This document shows positions 35,455-45,301 of a DNA stretch of 64,000 nt, piece after piece. The number at the start of each line of letters is the position of its first letter. Position 1 is the first letter of the stretch. Where the stretch lies: the NCBI GenBank assembly GCA_021734805.1, contig JAIPIG010000002.1, positions 5,975 to 69,974 of the forward strand, in the 5' to 3' direction. Position numbers and translations under genes: made by a program. The notes below the pieces were generated by a model. The model searched no databases. It was not told the origin of the DNA and saw nothing but the letters and a program-made list of their open reading frames with translations. This DNA is from Simkaniaceae bacterium. Lineage in GTDB: Bacteria; Chlamydiota; Chlamydiia; Chlamydiales; JACRBE01.

Positions 35455-37092
35455 TTAAAGCACAGGTGATGGGATAAAATCGATAAAATCAATATGAACC
35501 GATCCAATAGGTGAAATATAAAAATTTTTAATTTGAGGATTGATCAAGAAGACAACATTAAAATGGTAAAGGGGCGAGATGGGCAGATCTTCCATAAAGA
35601 TGTCTTCAGCCTGTTGATAAAGTTTCATTCGCTCATTAAAGTCATAGATTGATTTAGATTGTTCGATCAAATCCGCGAAAGATTGGCTAGACCAATTAGA
35701 GTAGTTCTTAAAATGCGTTTTAGAAGTGTATCTTGATAAAAAATCGATGGGGTCATTGTATTGGGCAATCGCATAGCACAATGCAATTTGGTGTTTCTTT
35801 TTGCTTGTCGTTTCTAAAAAGTAGCCAAAATCTAATTCCTCAAGTTTGACATCAATATTTAGTGTAGACCGGATTTGTTCTTGGACAGCCTGGGCTATTT
35901 TGCGGTCAATTTCTGAGTTAATATGCGTTAAAACAATGGTTGGCAAATGGTTTTTATCCAAGTTCAGCTCTTCAAGGGCTTGGGTTAAATATCGATTTGC
36001 GAGTTGGGGGTCGAAGACGTCTTGAGAGGGCGCCATTTCTTGCATTCGCTTTTGGATAGGTGGGATGAGTCCATGTGCGATTTGTTCATCGAGTCCGGTA
36101 ATATTTTCAATGATGGAGGCCCTATCAATAGCATGATGAAAAGCTCTTCTGAAATTCAAATTATTAAACAGGTGGTGTTCTAAATTAAACGAAAAGTGAC
36201 AGGTTGCGGCAATCGGTTTTTGATGGATCAATTTCTTTTGACGCAAGTCATGCAAGGCTTCTCTGGGGATATTAGAAAAATATAGGCCGATGATATCGAG
36301 ATTATTTTGTTCAAATAAATTGAAAGCCGTCATGTCATGAAGCACAAAGGAAATCTTGATTTCATCGAGGTGGATACGGGATGCATCATAAAAATAGGGG
36401 TTTTTGACAAGAGTGATCTGATCTCTTACGCGGCTCTCTTTTATTTTAAAGGGGCCATTTGTCACAATTTCATTTGTCAATAATTCCGCTCGATAATTTT
36501 CATCAAAACCGCGGGGATGATAGCAGGGGAATAAGGCGCAAAATGAAGTGACTTCTAAAAAATAGGGGGTTGCTTGTTCTAGTTCGATCACAAGTAAATC
36601 ATCAGATATTGCACTGATGCCAACGTCTCGTATATCCACTAAGCCTTGTTTTGCCTTTTGAGCATTTTTAATTGGGTATAATAGTTGGGCGTTAGGAGCC
36701 GGAAAAGAGGGGGTTAGCATATCTTTCCACGATTTTTCAAAATCGTGTGCGGTGACTCTTTCCCCATTGCTCCAATATGTTTCTCTAATATGGAATGTAT
36801 AGGTGCATTGGTCATCTGAGATATCAAAATGGTCGGAAACTCCAAAGTCGGTCGAAGAATGTGAGGAGTGCTTGGTTAATCCTTGAAATAGCATAAAAAG
36901 CATTGTAGAAGAAACGGGGTCGGAGCAGCGGCGAGGATCCACTGTAGGAATATCTCTGGTAAAATTCAAATGGAGTGTTTTAGGCGCTTCATTCCTTGTG
37001 ATTTTTCTCTCTTTTTTTTGGCATGCAGATGATAAGAGGCAAAAACAAATGATTAGAATGAGATGCGTTGAAAATCGAAATAGATTTTTCAT
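35455..37092 (-). CDS. oppA: Oligopeptide-type ABC substrate-binding lipoprotein (OppA-like), paralogue 2
   Basis: Start placed at the internal Met (MKNLFRFSTHLILIICFCLLSSAC lipobox), giving 545 aa, the same length as paralogue 1. Homologous core LHLNFTRDIPTVDPRRCSDPVSSTMLFMLFQGLTKH. Confidence 0.82.
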   Translation of the reverse strand: MKNLFRFSTHLILIICFCLLSSACQKKERKITRNEAPKTLHLNFTRDIPTVDPRRCSDPVSSTMLFMLFQGLTKHSSHSSTDFGVSDHFDISDDQCTYTFHIRETYWSNGERVTAHDFEKSWKDMLTPSFPAPNAQLLYPIKNAQKAKQGLVDIRDVGISAISDDLLVIELEQATPYFLEVTSFCALFPCYHPRGFDENYRAELLTNEIVTNGPFKIKESRVRDQITLVKNPYFYDASRIHLDEIKISFVLHDMTAFNLFEQNNLDIIGLYFSNIPREALHDLRQKKLIHQKPIAATCHFSFNLEHHLFNNLNFRRAFHHAIDRASIIENITGLDEQIAHGLIPPIQKRMQEMAPSQDVFDPQLANRYLTQALEELNLDKNHLPTIVLTHINSEIDRKIAQAVQEQIRSTLNIDVKLEELDFGYFLETTSKKKHQIALCYAIAQYNDPIDFLSRYTSKTHFKNYSNWSSQSFADLIEQSKSIYDFNERMKLYQQAEDIFMEDLPISPLYHFNVVFLINPQIKNFYISPIGSVHIDFIDFIPSPVL

Positions 37093-37213
37093 ATAAAAAA
37101 CCGCTTTAAAGGTTTGACTTTTCACTCTGTCGAGATTTTTTTTGTTCTTTAAAAAATCTTAATATAAAAGTTTAATTAGTGCATCTTTTTTTTGTAGATT
37201 TTTTCTAAACATT

Positions 37214-38770
37214 TTGGCAATGTTTGCTCTATTGTTGGTTAACGATGTCTTAATGATGAACGGGTTTGCTTTAGCTCTTAATAAGAGCTATCAAAAAATA
37301 CTTTCTTTAGCTGCTTCAACAATAGCACTCTCAATGATGCTTTTTGACTCAGCGACCTTTCCCATTATCATTCCGACGCTGCAAAATGATCTTGGATTCT
37401 CAATGTTTCAAGTTCAATGGTTGATCAATTCCTTTTTCTTGTCGACAGCCGTTCTCGTGATTGTTTTTGGAAAACTTGCCGATATTATTGGGAGGCGGAC
37501 AGCTTTTTGTATTGGTTTAGCGCTATTTGCTCTTGCTAATTTGGGGTTTGGATTTTCATCAGATTTTAAGATTATGTTGGTTGCGAGGATTGTGCAGGGA
37601 ATTGCAGCTGCAATGCTTGGGCCAACGAGTATTTCAATTATTTTTGATGCATTCCCGTCTAAAGAGAGGGGCAGGGCAATGGGCATCGGAGCCGGTTTCA
37701 GCTCGCTCTTTATGTCCGTGGGACCTTTTTTAGGTGCTATTTTAATTGAATTTCATAGTTGGCGTGTCATTTTTTTATTGTTTTCTCCCCTAGCTGCTAT
37801 CGGGATTCTATTGGCATTATTAGTCGTTCCTGAAAATAAGAAGAAGTTTGAAAAAATCGATTTTCTTTCATTCGTCTATATTGTTTTAGGTATTTCCGCT
37901 ATTGTCATTGCCCTAATGCAGTTTAAAGTGTGGAAGGGGGGGGCTAATTTTAAAGCACTGATTGGGGTTGGTTTATTTTTCACTATTGCTCTTTATCGGA
38001 GAAATCGAAAGCAGGATGATCCGTTTATCGACTTTTCTCTCTTTAAAAATCGTTATTTCTCCATCGGTCTTTTTGTCTCATTTTTGACATGGGTATTGAT
38101 GACAAATCCCATTTTCTGGTCAATTTTTTTACAAAAGTCCCTCCATTACACTCCGGTAGAAACGGCTTCATATATGGTCATATCCACCCTTCCTGTGATG
38201 CTGTTTGCACCGGCTTCAGGGTTGATGTATGATAAAATGGGCGCGCAAACTCCTATATTATTGGGGTTCATGAGTATTTTGATTTCAGTCTTTGTTTTGA
38301 TTCTATTCACTCTCTATTATTCTATTTTATGCCTTGTTGTGGCGTTTTGTTGTTTTGGAATTGGAACATCTCTGATTTTGACTCCTATTAGCAATTTGTG
38401 TTTATCAAAAATTGCCCCTCATAAAAGGGGGCTTGCTTCGGGAATCTATAATACGATGCGGTTTTTAGGTTCTTCTTTTGGGGTCGCAGTGATTGGGTAT
38501 ATTGGATACCACTGCAGAATTAGCAATTATTTAAGAACGATTGAGCAGAATGCATCTCAATTGCCGCCAATGAGTTTTAAACATGCTTATACATTGATTC
38601 AACACCATCCGGAAACAATTGATCCTACAGCGCTTGCCACCTTAAAGGTGGCGGTCAATGGGGCATCTTTTGCGGGGTTCTCAGCCATTAATATTTTTAA
38701 CGGCTTTATCGTCATATGTGCTCTTTTATTGACTTTAGTTTATTTGAAAGACTATAGAGAAAATAGTTAA
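37214..38770 (+). CDS. MFS transporter, 14-TM DHA2 (EmrB/QacA-like) type
   Basis: 518 aa with motif A GKLADIIGRRTAF and about 14 hydrophobic segments. The exact start is uncertain. Confidence 0.82.
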   Translation: MAMFALLLVNDVLMMNGFALALNKSYQKILSLAASTIALSMMLFDSATFPIIIPTLQNDLGFSMFQVQWLINSFFLSTAVLVIVFGKLADIIGRRTAFCIGLALFALANLGFGFSSDFKIMLVARIVQGIAAAMLGPTSISIIFDAFPSKERGRAMGIGAGFSSLFMSVGPFLGAILIEFHSWRVIFLLFSPLAAIGILLALLVVPENKKKFEKIDFLSFVYIVLGISAIVIALMQFKVWKGGANFKALIGVGLFFTIALYRRNRKQDDPFIDFSLFKNRYFSIGLFVSFLTWVLMTNPIFWSIFLQKSLHYTPVETASYMVISTLPVMLFAPASGLMYDKMGAQTPILLGFMSILISVFVLILFTLYYSILCLVVAFCCFGIGTSLILTPISNLCLSKIAPHKRGLASGIYNTMRFLGSSFGVAVIGYIGYHCRISNYLRTIEQNASQLPPMSFKHAYTLIQHHPETIDPTALATLKVAVNGASFAGFSAINIFNGFIVICALLLTLVYLKDYRENS

Positions 38771-38932
38771 ACCGATTTGAACGGAGGCCAAGCTGCAATC
38801 TCCCCGCTCTAAGCGGAGGTGAGGCGGCCCAACCATTAATAGCTAATATTCCTTAACCATCAAAAAATCTCCTCTATTCATAGGTGAGTTTTTAATCGAG
38901 ACCAAGTTGTGGTCTATTTACCGGGGAAGTCA

Positions 38933-39934
38933 ATGAAGAATTTATTTAAATACATAATACTTACTTCTTTTTTACTCAGAGTAGGTCAATCTTTAAACGG
39001 GGCTTTTAATATTCAAGAGCTTCAAGCGCACGCAAGGGCTGTTCCCATTTCTTATGAAGAACAAGATATTGAAGTGACGTTTTCCCCTTTTGATCAATAT
39101 CAACCGATGATTGATATATCGACATCGACTATAGTTCAAAACTTTGATGTGAAAGACCGCGTTTTATTGATTGGGTCTCAAGAAATGCTTCCCTTGCAGG
39201 TCGTTCCCATGGAGCAATCGCCCTCGCCTAATTCAGTTGAGGTGAGACTCGTTTTTCCTCAGCCCGGAAGTTTTGAGAAATCTCAAACGATCCGTTCTCA
39301 AATTCGTCTAATTGGGTTTCCTCTCGGAATCAAAACATATAATTCATCAGCTCCCAAGCTAAGAGAAAGCCGTTATGGCCAAAATATGAGAGTCATTATC
39401 GATAATGAGCCTTATTTTATTGTTAATTTGGATGCAGAGGATTCTGCAGATGCCAATTTAGACGTTTATCGAAAGACTTTGAGCTTTACTCTTCCAAAAA
39501 CATTGGCAAACGGTCAGCATATTATGCGGGTCTTTCCGGTTCTTTCCTATGGTGAAAGTCTTAAAAAAAAGAATAATTTTGACGCGGCAATGTTTTATAA
39601 AATGACAAGATCGCCAACGATTCAACAAGACTTGACAAAACCCTATTTGACTTATAATGATCCTCAAGGGGATTTTGTTTTGAAAAATTCAAATGAACCG
39701 ATTCTGCTCGATTTTTATATTTGCAATTGTTCGCTTGCAAGAGAAGGGTATAAAGTCCTTTTACATATCGATGATGAGGAGATGGGAAAACTCTATCAAT
39801 GGAGCCCCTATCTGATTTATGGTCTTAAAGCCGGATCTCATAAAATAAAACTAGAGCTTTTAGGGCCTAATAATGAAAGAGTTCCGGGTGACTTTAATTT
39901 AGTTGAGCGCACGATTAATATCAAAATGAAATAA
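38933..39934 (+). CDS. Hypothetical secreted protein (333 aa)
   Basis: Start placed at ATG 38933 (MKNLFKYIILTSFLLRVGQSLNG signal peptide). Two similar G-x-H-x-I/K segments (NGQHIMRVF, AGSHKIKLEL) suggest two beta-sandwich repeats. No family is assigned. Confidence 0.6.
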   Translation: MKNLFKYIILTSFLLRVGQSLNGAFNIQELQAHARAVPISYEEQDIEVTFSPFDQYQPMIDISTSTIVQNFDVKDRVLLIGSQEMLPLQVVPMEQSPSPNSVEVRLVFPQPGSFEKSQTIRSQIRLIGFPLGIKTYNSSAPKLRESRYGQNMRVIIDNEPYFIVNLDAEDSADANLDVYRKTLSFTLPKTLANGQHIMRVFPVLSYGESLKKKNNFDAAMFYKMTRSPTIQQDLTKPYLTYNDPQGDFVLKNSNEPILLDFYICNCSLAREGYKVLLHIDDEEMGKLYQWSPYLIYGLKAGSHKIKLELLGPNNERVPGDFNLVERTINIKMK

Positions 39935-40131
39935 AAAGAAGAGGGTATACCATCTACGAATCAGGCACTTGATCAGTCTAAATATAAACTGGCAAGGCCC
40001 ACATAAATGGTATAGACGAAATACATCGCCGACCCTCTAAAAAACTGTTAGAAGCGGAGTATGAGTGAGCAACTCACCTCCCGCAAACCTGATGGTGAAC
40101 AAGCAAAATCTTTTTGCGGCAAGGTGAGTGA

Positions 40132-40422
40132 TTAACTCGCTTTTTTATAGTGGTGCTTTTCCATTTTCGAGTGCTTTTCGTCAAGTTCATGGTATTCAAT
40201 TGTCGAAAAAGGGGCGATAAAGTGATCAAAATAGTGTTTGATCTCAGAAATCGAATCGCACTCCCAAATCCACCATAACTGTTTCCCGGTTTTTTCTTGG
40301 CAGGACACAAGTAAAGAGCATCCACCGGGAACTCTAGGTAGAGCTTTATTCATATGCTCCCAAAAATGCGTGGCATCTTTGAGTTTGCATATCATTAAGC
40401 ACTGCATATACCCTCCCTTCAT
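40132..40422 (-). CDS. Small hypothetical protein (96 aa), tentatively DUF3303-like alpha+beta fold
   Basis: An ORF whose pattern (..LMICKLKD...PGGCSLLVSCQEKTGKQLWWIWECDSISEIKHYF) is reminiscent of small DUF3303 proteins. It competes with a second ORF (40074..40325) in another frame. Confidence 0.35.
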   Translation of the reverse strand: MKGGYMQCLMICKLKDATHFWEHMNKALPRVPGGCSLLVSCQEKTGKQLWWIWECDSISEIKHYFDHFIAPFSTIEYHELDEKHSKMEKHHYKKAS

Positions 40423-40569
40423 TCTCCCATCTATTCCGGATATTATGTTTTAATTAATATTATTTCAATACTTATGTAATAAAAATTAATAATAATAATT
40501 TGTCTTGTTATTCAGTTTATTTTGATTTAAAACTGAATTAAGAAGGCTCTAATATAAGAAGGTAAGAAT

Positions 40570-42720
40570 ATGGCTCAAGCTTCTCATAAAGAAACGCTTA
40601 CTATATTGGAAGCTGTGGATAATTTAACGAGCATGGCTGATGTTGATCTCGATGAATTAAAATCACAGAGAAAAATTGCCCTTGAAAAGCTTAAGGAAAA
40701 GGCTCAATGGCTCGATATCGAGAATAAAACCAATATGGAGCGGAAGATTAAAAAGACCTTTTCTGTTGTCCATGATTATATGAAACATATTGTGCAAAAA
40801 GATCCTAAAGTTTTGCAAGATATTGACGTTCAAAAGGGTATACAAGGAATTATGGGTCTTGCCCGTGCAGCGGCAGAGAGAATTGATGCCTTTTATCAAA
40901 TTATCGAGCCTAAAAAGAAGTCATCTAGAATTGTCGATTTTAGTGAATATCAGTCACTAGAAAATTTCTATCAAAAGCAGGTGATCAAGAAATTTGAGCA
41001 AGTTCTGGAGTCTGATGAGTGGTTTAATGAATTTGCTCAAGCCGACCGAACATCTCATGAGATTTTTGCGCGTAAAATTAAAGATATCGATGAGGTAAAA
41101 AAAGATAGCGGATATGAGCTCCTCTATATCAAAAAGGAAAACGGCAAGCCATTTATAAGCTCCCAACTTCTTAAGAATATGAAGCTTATTACTGAGTTTG
41201 ATGAGATGATCATTGATATAGTTGGGGATGATCCTTTGATCTATGTCAATATTATTAGGGATCGAGATGCTATAGTGACAGCCAATGAAATTGTCCATTC
41301 TGTAAAGAGTGAGCTCAACAAATTTGTCAAAGAGGCGAGAATTCATCCCGAAAATAGTCTTGCTCAATCCGTATATAAAGCGATTATTGCGCTTTTAGCC
41401 GCTGCAAATAAAGAAAACATGATCCGCAGTAAACGCCAAAAGAGCTGTTTAGCCTACTTTAGAGACTTCCATTACTATTTGAGAGAGGCTTTAAATAATG
41501 AGGAGTATATCCGGCTTGCTGAAGGCCATACTCTTAAAGATCCCTTTGATAAATTGGCAGTGCATTTGATTCATCAATTATGTGGGCATTTCTTTCTCCA
41601 TGCCGGGGATCAGACGGAAAGTGTTGAGTTTATCAAGCAAATGATTAAAAGGGGGCAATTAAAGAAGCCGACATCGCATCGATTTTCAATGTGGAGTTGG
41701 ATTCTTGATTGTTATGATTCAGTACAACATCTTCTCAGTCATTATCCCAATGGCCCTTTGATGAAGTCCTTGGATGCTTTCAGAGAAGAAGGGTATAAAC
41801 AGGGCTATACACCGATTGATCAAGATAATTTTCCTTGCGAGCTTTTTAAATTTAAATCGGCCGGACATCAGGCGATCTGTATTAGACTTCCCTCTCCAAC
41901 TTCTCAAAAAGTGATTAACAAGGCAAAAATTGTTGATGAGTTTAAAGGATTCATTCGGTTTTTTTCAGAAACGAAAGATCATCAGAAGCTGCTCATTTTC
42001 AATCTTCAAGATAGAACATCTTGGCAAGAGCATGCTCGAGCGGAGTCGTTAGAAAAACTGCAGGAAGATCCGGAATTGGCAGCGCACTTAGTTGTCATCT
42101 CAATTCCAAAAGACACAGACTTTTATTTTCAAGCAAATGAGTATGTAGACCTCAATGAAGCAGGTGCCTTTAAAGAACAAATGCTGAGTCAATTAAAAAA
42201 GGGCGAAGCTTGTGGTTTTTATTTTCCCAAAACGATGAATCAAAACAAAATGCACTCTTTTGTTGAAAAAGCCGTTGAAGCGATTCATAAGGTTTTTTTT
42301 GATGAAAAAAACATTCTTACCCGTAAAAATCGCCTTGATTTCATCGAAATCCTCTACCACTTCATAGAGCTATATTTCATTTTTACTCTAAAGCCGGCTC
42401 TCATCAGTTTTTCATGTAAAGATGCAATTGATACGGGTGCTTGCGCAAGTTTTGGCCTCTATGGGTTTTTAAAGCTATTACTTCCTGAGCTCTCTTGGAG
42501 CGAAGAAGAAAAGGACTTAGCGCTTAAGTTGATTTTTGCTCCGGCGCTTTTGGTCCGTGAGCGTAATGTTGAAATTCGGCGCCTCAGTCGTATTATTAGT
42601 ATTTTAGCCCTAATCAATTCGGAAAAAGACGTTCATAAAAAAGCCTTTGCCGATTTGACAAAGTCGCTCTTTCACAATGAGGGGGTGACGAATATAGAGC
42701 TCTATGGCGCTAATTATTAA
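40570..42720 (+). CDS. Hypothetical protein (716 aa), no recognisable domain
   Basis: Long ORF preceded by a very AT-rich 150-nt region and a GAAGG Shine-Dalgarno-like element. Largely helical-looking, with no TM segment or signal peptide. Confidence 0.6.
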   Translation: MAQASHKETLTILEAVDNLTSMADVDLDELKSQRKIALEKLKEKAQWLDIENKTNMERKIKKTFSVVHDYMKHIVQKDPKVLQDIDVQKGIQGIMGLARAAAERIDAFYQIIEPKKKSSRIVDFSEYQSLENFYQKQVIKKFEQVLESDEWFNEFAQADRTSHEIFARKIKDIDEVKKDSGYELLYIKKENGKPFISSQLLKNMKLITEFDEMIIDIVGDDPLIYVNIIRDRDAIVTANEIVHSVKSELNKFVKEARIHPENSLAQSVYKAIIALLAAANKENMIRSKRQKSCLAYFRDFHYYLREALNNEEYIRLAEGHTLKDPFDKLAVHLIHQLCGHFFLHAGDQTESVEFIKQMIKRGQLKKPTSHRFSMWSWILDCYDSVQHLLSHYPNGPLMKSLDAFREEGYKQGYTPIDQDNFPCELFKFKSAGHQAICIRLPSPTSQKVINKAKIVDEFKGFIRFFSETKDHQKLLIFNLQDRTSWQEHARAESLEKLQEDPELAAHLVVISIPKDTDFYFQANEYVDLNEAGAFKEQMLSQLKKGEACGFYFPKTMNQNKMHSFVEKAVEAIHKVFFDEKNILTRKNRLDFIEILYHFIELYFIFTLKPALISFSCKDAIDTGACASFGLYGFLKLLLPELSWSEEEKDLALKLIFAPALLVRERNVEIRRLSRIISILALINSEKDVHKKAFADLTKSLFHNEGVTNIELYGANY

Positions 42721-42727
42721 CTCACCT

Positions 42728-43300
42728 TTAGTTTTGGCTGAGGTCTTCCGGGATCATGGAAAGGGACTTGAACTTGCCTCCCATGTCTTGAAGAAGGGTG
42801 CGCCATAAGTTTTCTAAAGGGACCTGAAAGAGATATTCTTTCGTTGCCGGATAAGTATACCAGCTTCCCTCCATAAATTCTCGTTCGAGCTGTCCCGGGT
42901 TCCATCCCGAATAACCAAAACAGAGGAGAAGTTGCTGCGATTGCTCGGCAATTGTCTTTTCTAAAAACTCAAGATCTCCTCCAAGATAGATATCCTCACT
43001 GACTTGGAGCGTTTGATCGGGGATATCTTTTGAAGTGTGAAGGAGCATCATTTGCATTGGTTGCATGAGCCCTCCGGAGCGTGTCGTGATGTTCTCAAGA
43101 GAGGGGAGTTCCGATTCGATTAATAGGGGGTCAAGCGTGTCAACCTCAAATGGCTTATTGACTGCAAGGCCGAAAGATCCTGCCGGAGTGTGATCACAGA
43201 GTAAAAGAACACTCCTTCGATAGAAGGGGTGATCGATTTCCGGACTTGCAATTAAAAACAGTCCTTTTTGCAGATGATTAAAACTCTCCTCATTCATCAT
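42728..43300 (-). CDS. yqgE: YqgE/AlgH family protein (UPF0301)
   Basis: GLFLIASPEIDHPFYRRSVLLLCDHTPAGSFGLAVNKP and CFGYSGWNPGQLEREFMEGSWY closely parallel E. coli YqgE. Confidence 0.88.
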   Translation of the reverse strand: MMNEESFNHLQKGLFLIASPEIDHPFYRRSVLLLCDHTPAGSFGLAVNKPFEVDTLDPLLIESELPSLENITTRSGGLMQPMQMMLLHTSKDIPDQTLQVSEDIYLGGDLEFLEKTIAEQSQQLLLCFGYSGWNPGQLEREFMEGSWYTYPATKEYLFQVPLENLWRTLLQDMGGKFKSLSMIPEDLSQN

Positions 43301-44520
43301 TGATTACACTCACCATTTTGTTGATTGATGGCATCCATCAGATCTTGATTATACAATTTAAGATTATTATAGAGGGCATCGACGCGCCGCATGAGTTCTG
43401 AAAAATCCTTTTGAAAGGATGGCGTGCGTAAAATGCGGTCGGAATTTAGAGAGCCTTCCGCTTTTTCAATCAGCATTGAAATGCGGTCCATTGCCGCATT
43501 GATCATGTCGACTTGATTCTCAAAATAGTTTTCAAATTGAGCAGGCGTTTCAACTGAATCGAGGAAAGAGGCATATTTCGTGCGGGTTCTTTGCCACTGT
43601 TTGTTGAGATTAAAGAGAAGCCCATATTGATTGACATCATTCATTAAAGTATTGGCTTTGCTGAGAACGGCATTGATTTGAAGATATGCGAGATCATCCA
43701 TAAAGAGTTTGCCAATGGTTCCTCGGCCGCAAGCCACTTCTTTTGAGATTTCACTAATGGATTCACTGGCGTCTTTGAAGTTTCTGATCATAACGCCCGC
43801 ATTTTCAAATGAGTTCTCATTTTCTAAAGTGGTGAGGGCGGTTTTAGTTAGATCCATTGTATCGGAAAAGGCATCAACGGCGTGTTTGAGATCAGAAACG
43901 AGATCGAGTTGATTGACCCGATTAACGGTTGTTGCAATCCCGCTCATAGCATGATCAAATGATTGAACGGCGGAGCTGAGAGAATCTTCATTTTGATCAA
44001 ACCAAGAGACAATTTTATCAACGGCGATTCCAATTTTTTCGGCAAGATCTTTCATTTCATTAAAGGCCCCTTCTAGAGGATCGGTCGACTGGGCATAAAT
44101 AGGAGTGTTATCCGTTACGAGTTTAGGGGGCATATGTTTGGTGGGAGCCCTTGGAATAATGGCAATCGATTTATCACCGAGCAGACCTGATGTTTGAACA
44201 GTGAATTCATCTGTTGTGAAGATGTGGATGTGTGAGTCCACGTGAAGAATGAGTTGGTAGTAATAAACATTCCCCCATTGATCAATAGGTTGCTCTCGGG
44301 CGTCGGGAATAGTTTCAATCTGAACCACTTCACCAATTGGCTTGCCGGCAAAAACAACCCGAGTTCCGACAGAAATTCCATTAATATTGGAAAACCGGAC
44401 AATCAGCGTTTGCTTCCCATCACCAACAGATGGCTCAATAAAAAGGATAATCCCTACAATAAGAGAGCAGGCGATTACCACAAAAAGGCCAATCAGCATA
44501 TTTTTTACCTGCTCATTCAT
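43297..44520 (-). CDS. mlaD: MlaD/MCE-domain protein with a long helical C-terminal extension
   Basis: N-terminal TM followed by an MCE domain (RFSNINGISVGTRVVFAGKPIGEV). Follows mlaE-mlaF in one operon. Start placed at Met14 (MNEQVKN). Confidence 0.8.
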   Translation of the reverse strand: MNEQVKNMLIGLFVVIACSLIVGIILFIEPSVGDGKQTLIVRFSNINGISVGTRVVFAGKPIGEVVQIETIPDAREQPIDQWGNVYYYQLILHVDSHIHIFTTDEFTVQTSGLLGDKSIAIIPRAPTKHMPPKLVTDNTPIYAQSTDPLEGAFNEMKDLAEKIGIAVDKIVSWFDQNEDSLSSAVQSFDHAMSGIATTVNRVNQLDLVSDLKHAVDAFSDTMDLTKTALTTLENENSFENAGVMIRNFKDASESISEISKEVACGRGTIGKLFMDDLAYLQINAVLSKANTLMNDVNQYGLLFNLNKQWQRTRTKYASFLDSVETPAQFENYFENQVDMINAAMDRISMLIEKAEGSLNSDRILRTPSFQKDFSELMRRVDALYNNLKLYNQDLMDAINQQNGECNQ

Positions 44521-45301
44521 ATTTTTTTCTCCTAAATTCGGAAGGGTCTCCGCTAACAATTTGCTTTAATGCCTTAATAGTTGGATGATCAATTTCTATA
44601 AAGACTTCCGGTACATCAATATGCACAACTTTACCATCTTCGACGAGTGCTAAGCGATCCCCAACAACGAGAGCTGAAACAATATCGTGGGTTACGACAA
44701 TGCTCGTTGCCTTTAATTCTTTTTGTGTTTTAACAATTAACTCATTGATTTGCATGGCTGTTACGGGATCAAGGCCGGTCGTTGGTTCATCATATAAGAG
44801 ATATTTAGGGCGATAGACAATTAAACGGGCAAGGCCGGCTCTTTTTTTCATACCGCCTGAAAGATCGGAAGGCATTTTATCTTGGGTGCCACCAAGACCA
44901 ACCATAGCAAGGGCTTCTGCGACTCTCTCTTTAATTTCATAACGAGAGTAGCGCTTTCCCGTTTCAGGATTACCATGGGACTTCAGATGAAAGGCCGTAT
45001 TTTCTTCGATATTCATTGAGTCGAAAAGGGCAGCCCCTTGAAAGAGCATCCCCATATGACTAATGGCCTTATAGAGTTTGGGTCCTCGGATATTTGTAAT
45101 ATTTATTCCATCGACTAAGACATAGCCCGAGTCGGGTTTTGTGAGTCCGAGAATGTGCTTGAGAAGAACACTTTTACCGACGCCTGATTTTCCGAGGACG
45201 ACAAGTGTTTCCCCCTGTTTGACTTTTAAATTGAGCCCTTTCATCACTTGAAGGAGACCAAATTCTTTATATAAATCCTTCACTTCAATCATGAGAGCCA
45301 C
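44513..45301 (-). CDS. mlaF: Phospholipid-transport (Mla-type) ABC ATP-binding protein
   Basis: Walker A GKSGVGKSV, signature LSGGMKKRAGLARL, Walker B YLLYDEPTTGLD. Confidence 0.88.
   Translation of the reverse strand: MALMIEVKDLYKEFGLLQVMKGLNLKVKQGETLVVLGKSGVGKSVLLKHILGLTKPDSGYVLVDGINITNIRGPKLYKAISHMGMLFQGAALFDSMNIEENTAFHLKSHGNPETGKRYSRYEIKERVAEALAMVGLGGTQDKMPSDLSGGMKKRAGLARLIVYRPKYLLYDEPTTGLDPVTAMQINELIVKTQKELKATSIVVTHDIVSALVVGDRLALVEDGKVVHIDVPEVFIEIDHPTIKALKQIVSGDPSEFRRKKYE

Noticed and set aside
38790-38845. Possible fragment related to the E1 core downstream of the MFS gene. The reverse complement reads ATTAATGGTTGGGCCGCCTCACCTCCGC, versus E1 ATTAGTGGGGCCGCCTGCCTCGG.
   Set aside because: It shares only two ~8-nt blocks with a gap and has no inverted-repeat partner and no CTCGACTTTGTA terminus. 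It could be a degraded copy but is within reach of chance. A genome-wide alignment is needed.
39940-40038. Interrupted long-range inverted repeat between the convergent 333-aa and 96-aa genes. AGAGGGTATACCAT is at 39940..39953; ATGGTAT is at 40007..40013; ACCCTCT is at 40032..40038.
   Set aside because: The two 7-bp halves are split by an 18-nt bulge and a 53-nt loop, which makes this too weak for a confident terminator or ncRNA call. On the minus strand it is followed by a T-rich run, so a terminator for the 96-aa gene remains possible.
40074-40325. 83-aa minus-strand ORF overlapping the 96-aa ORF in another frame
   Set aside because: It is basic and low-complexity (RKKILLVHHQVCGR end) and lacks a plausible RBS. 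The 96-aa frame looks more protein-like, although neither is certain.
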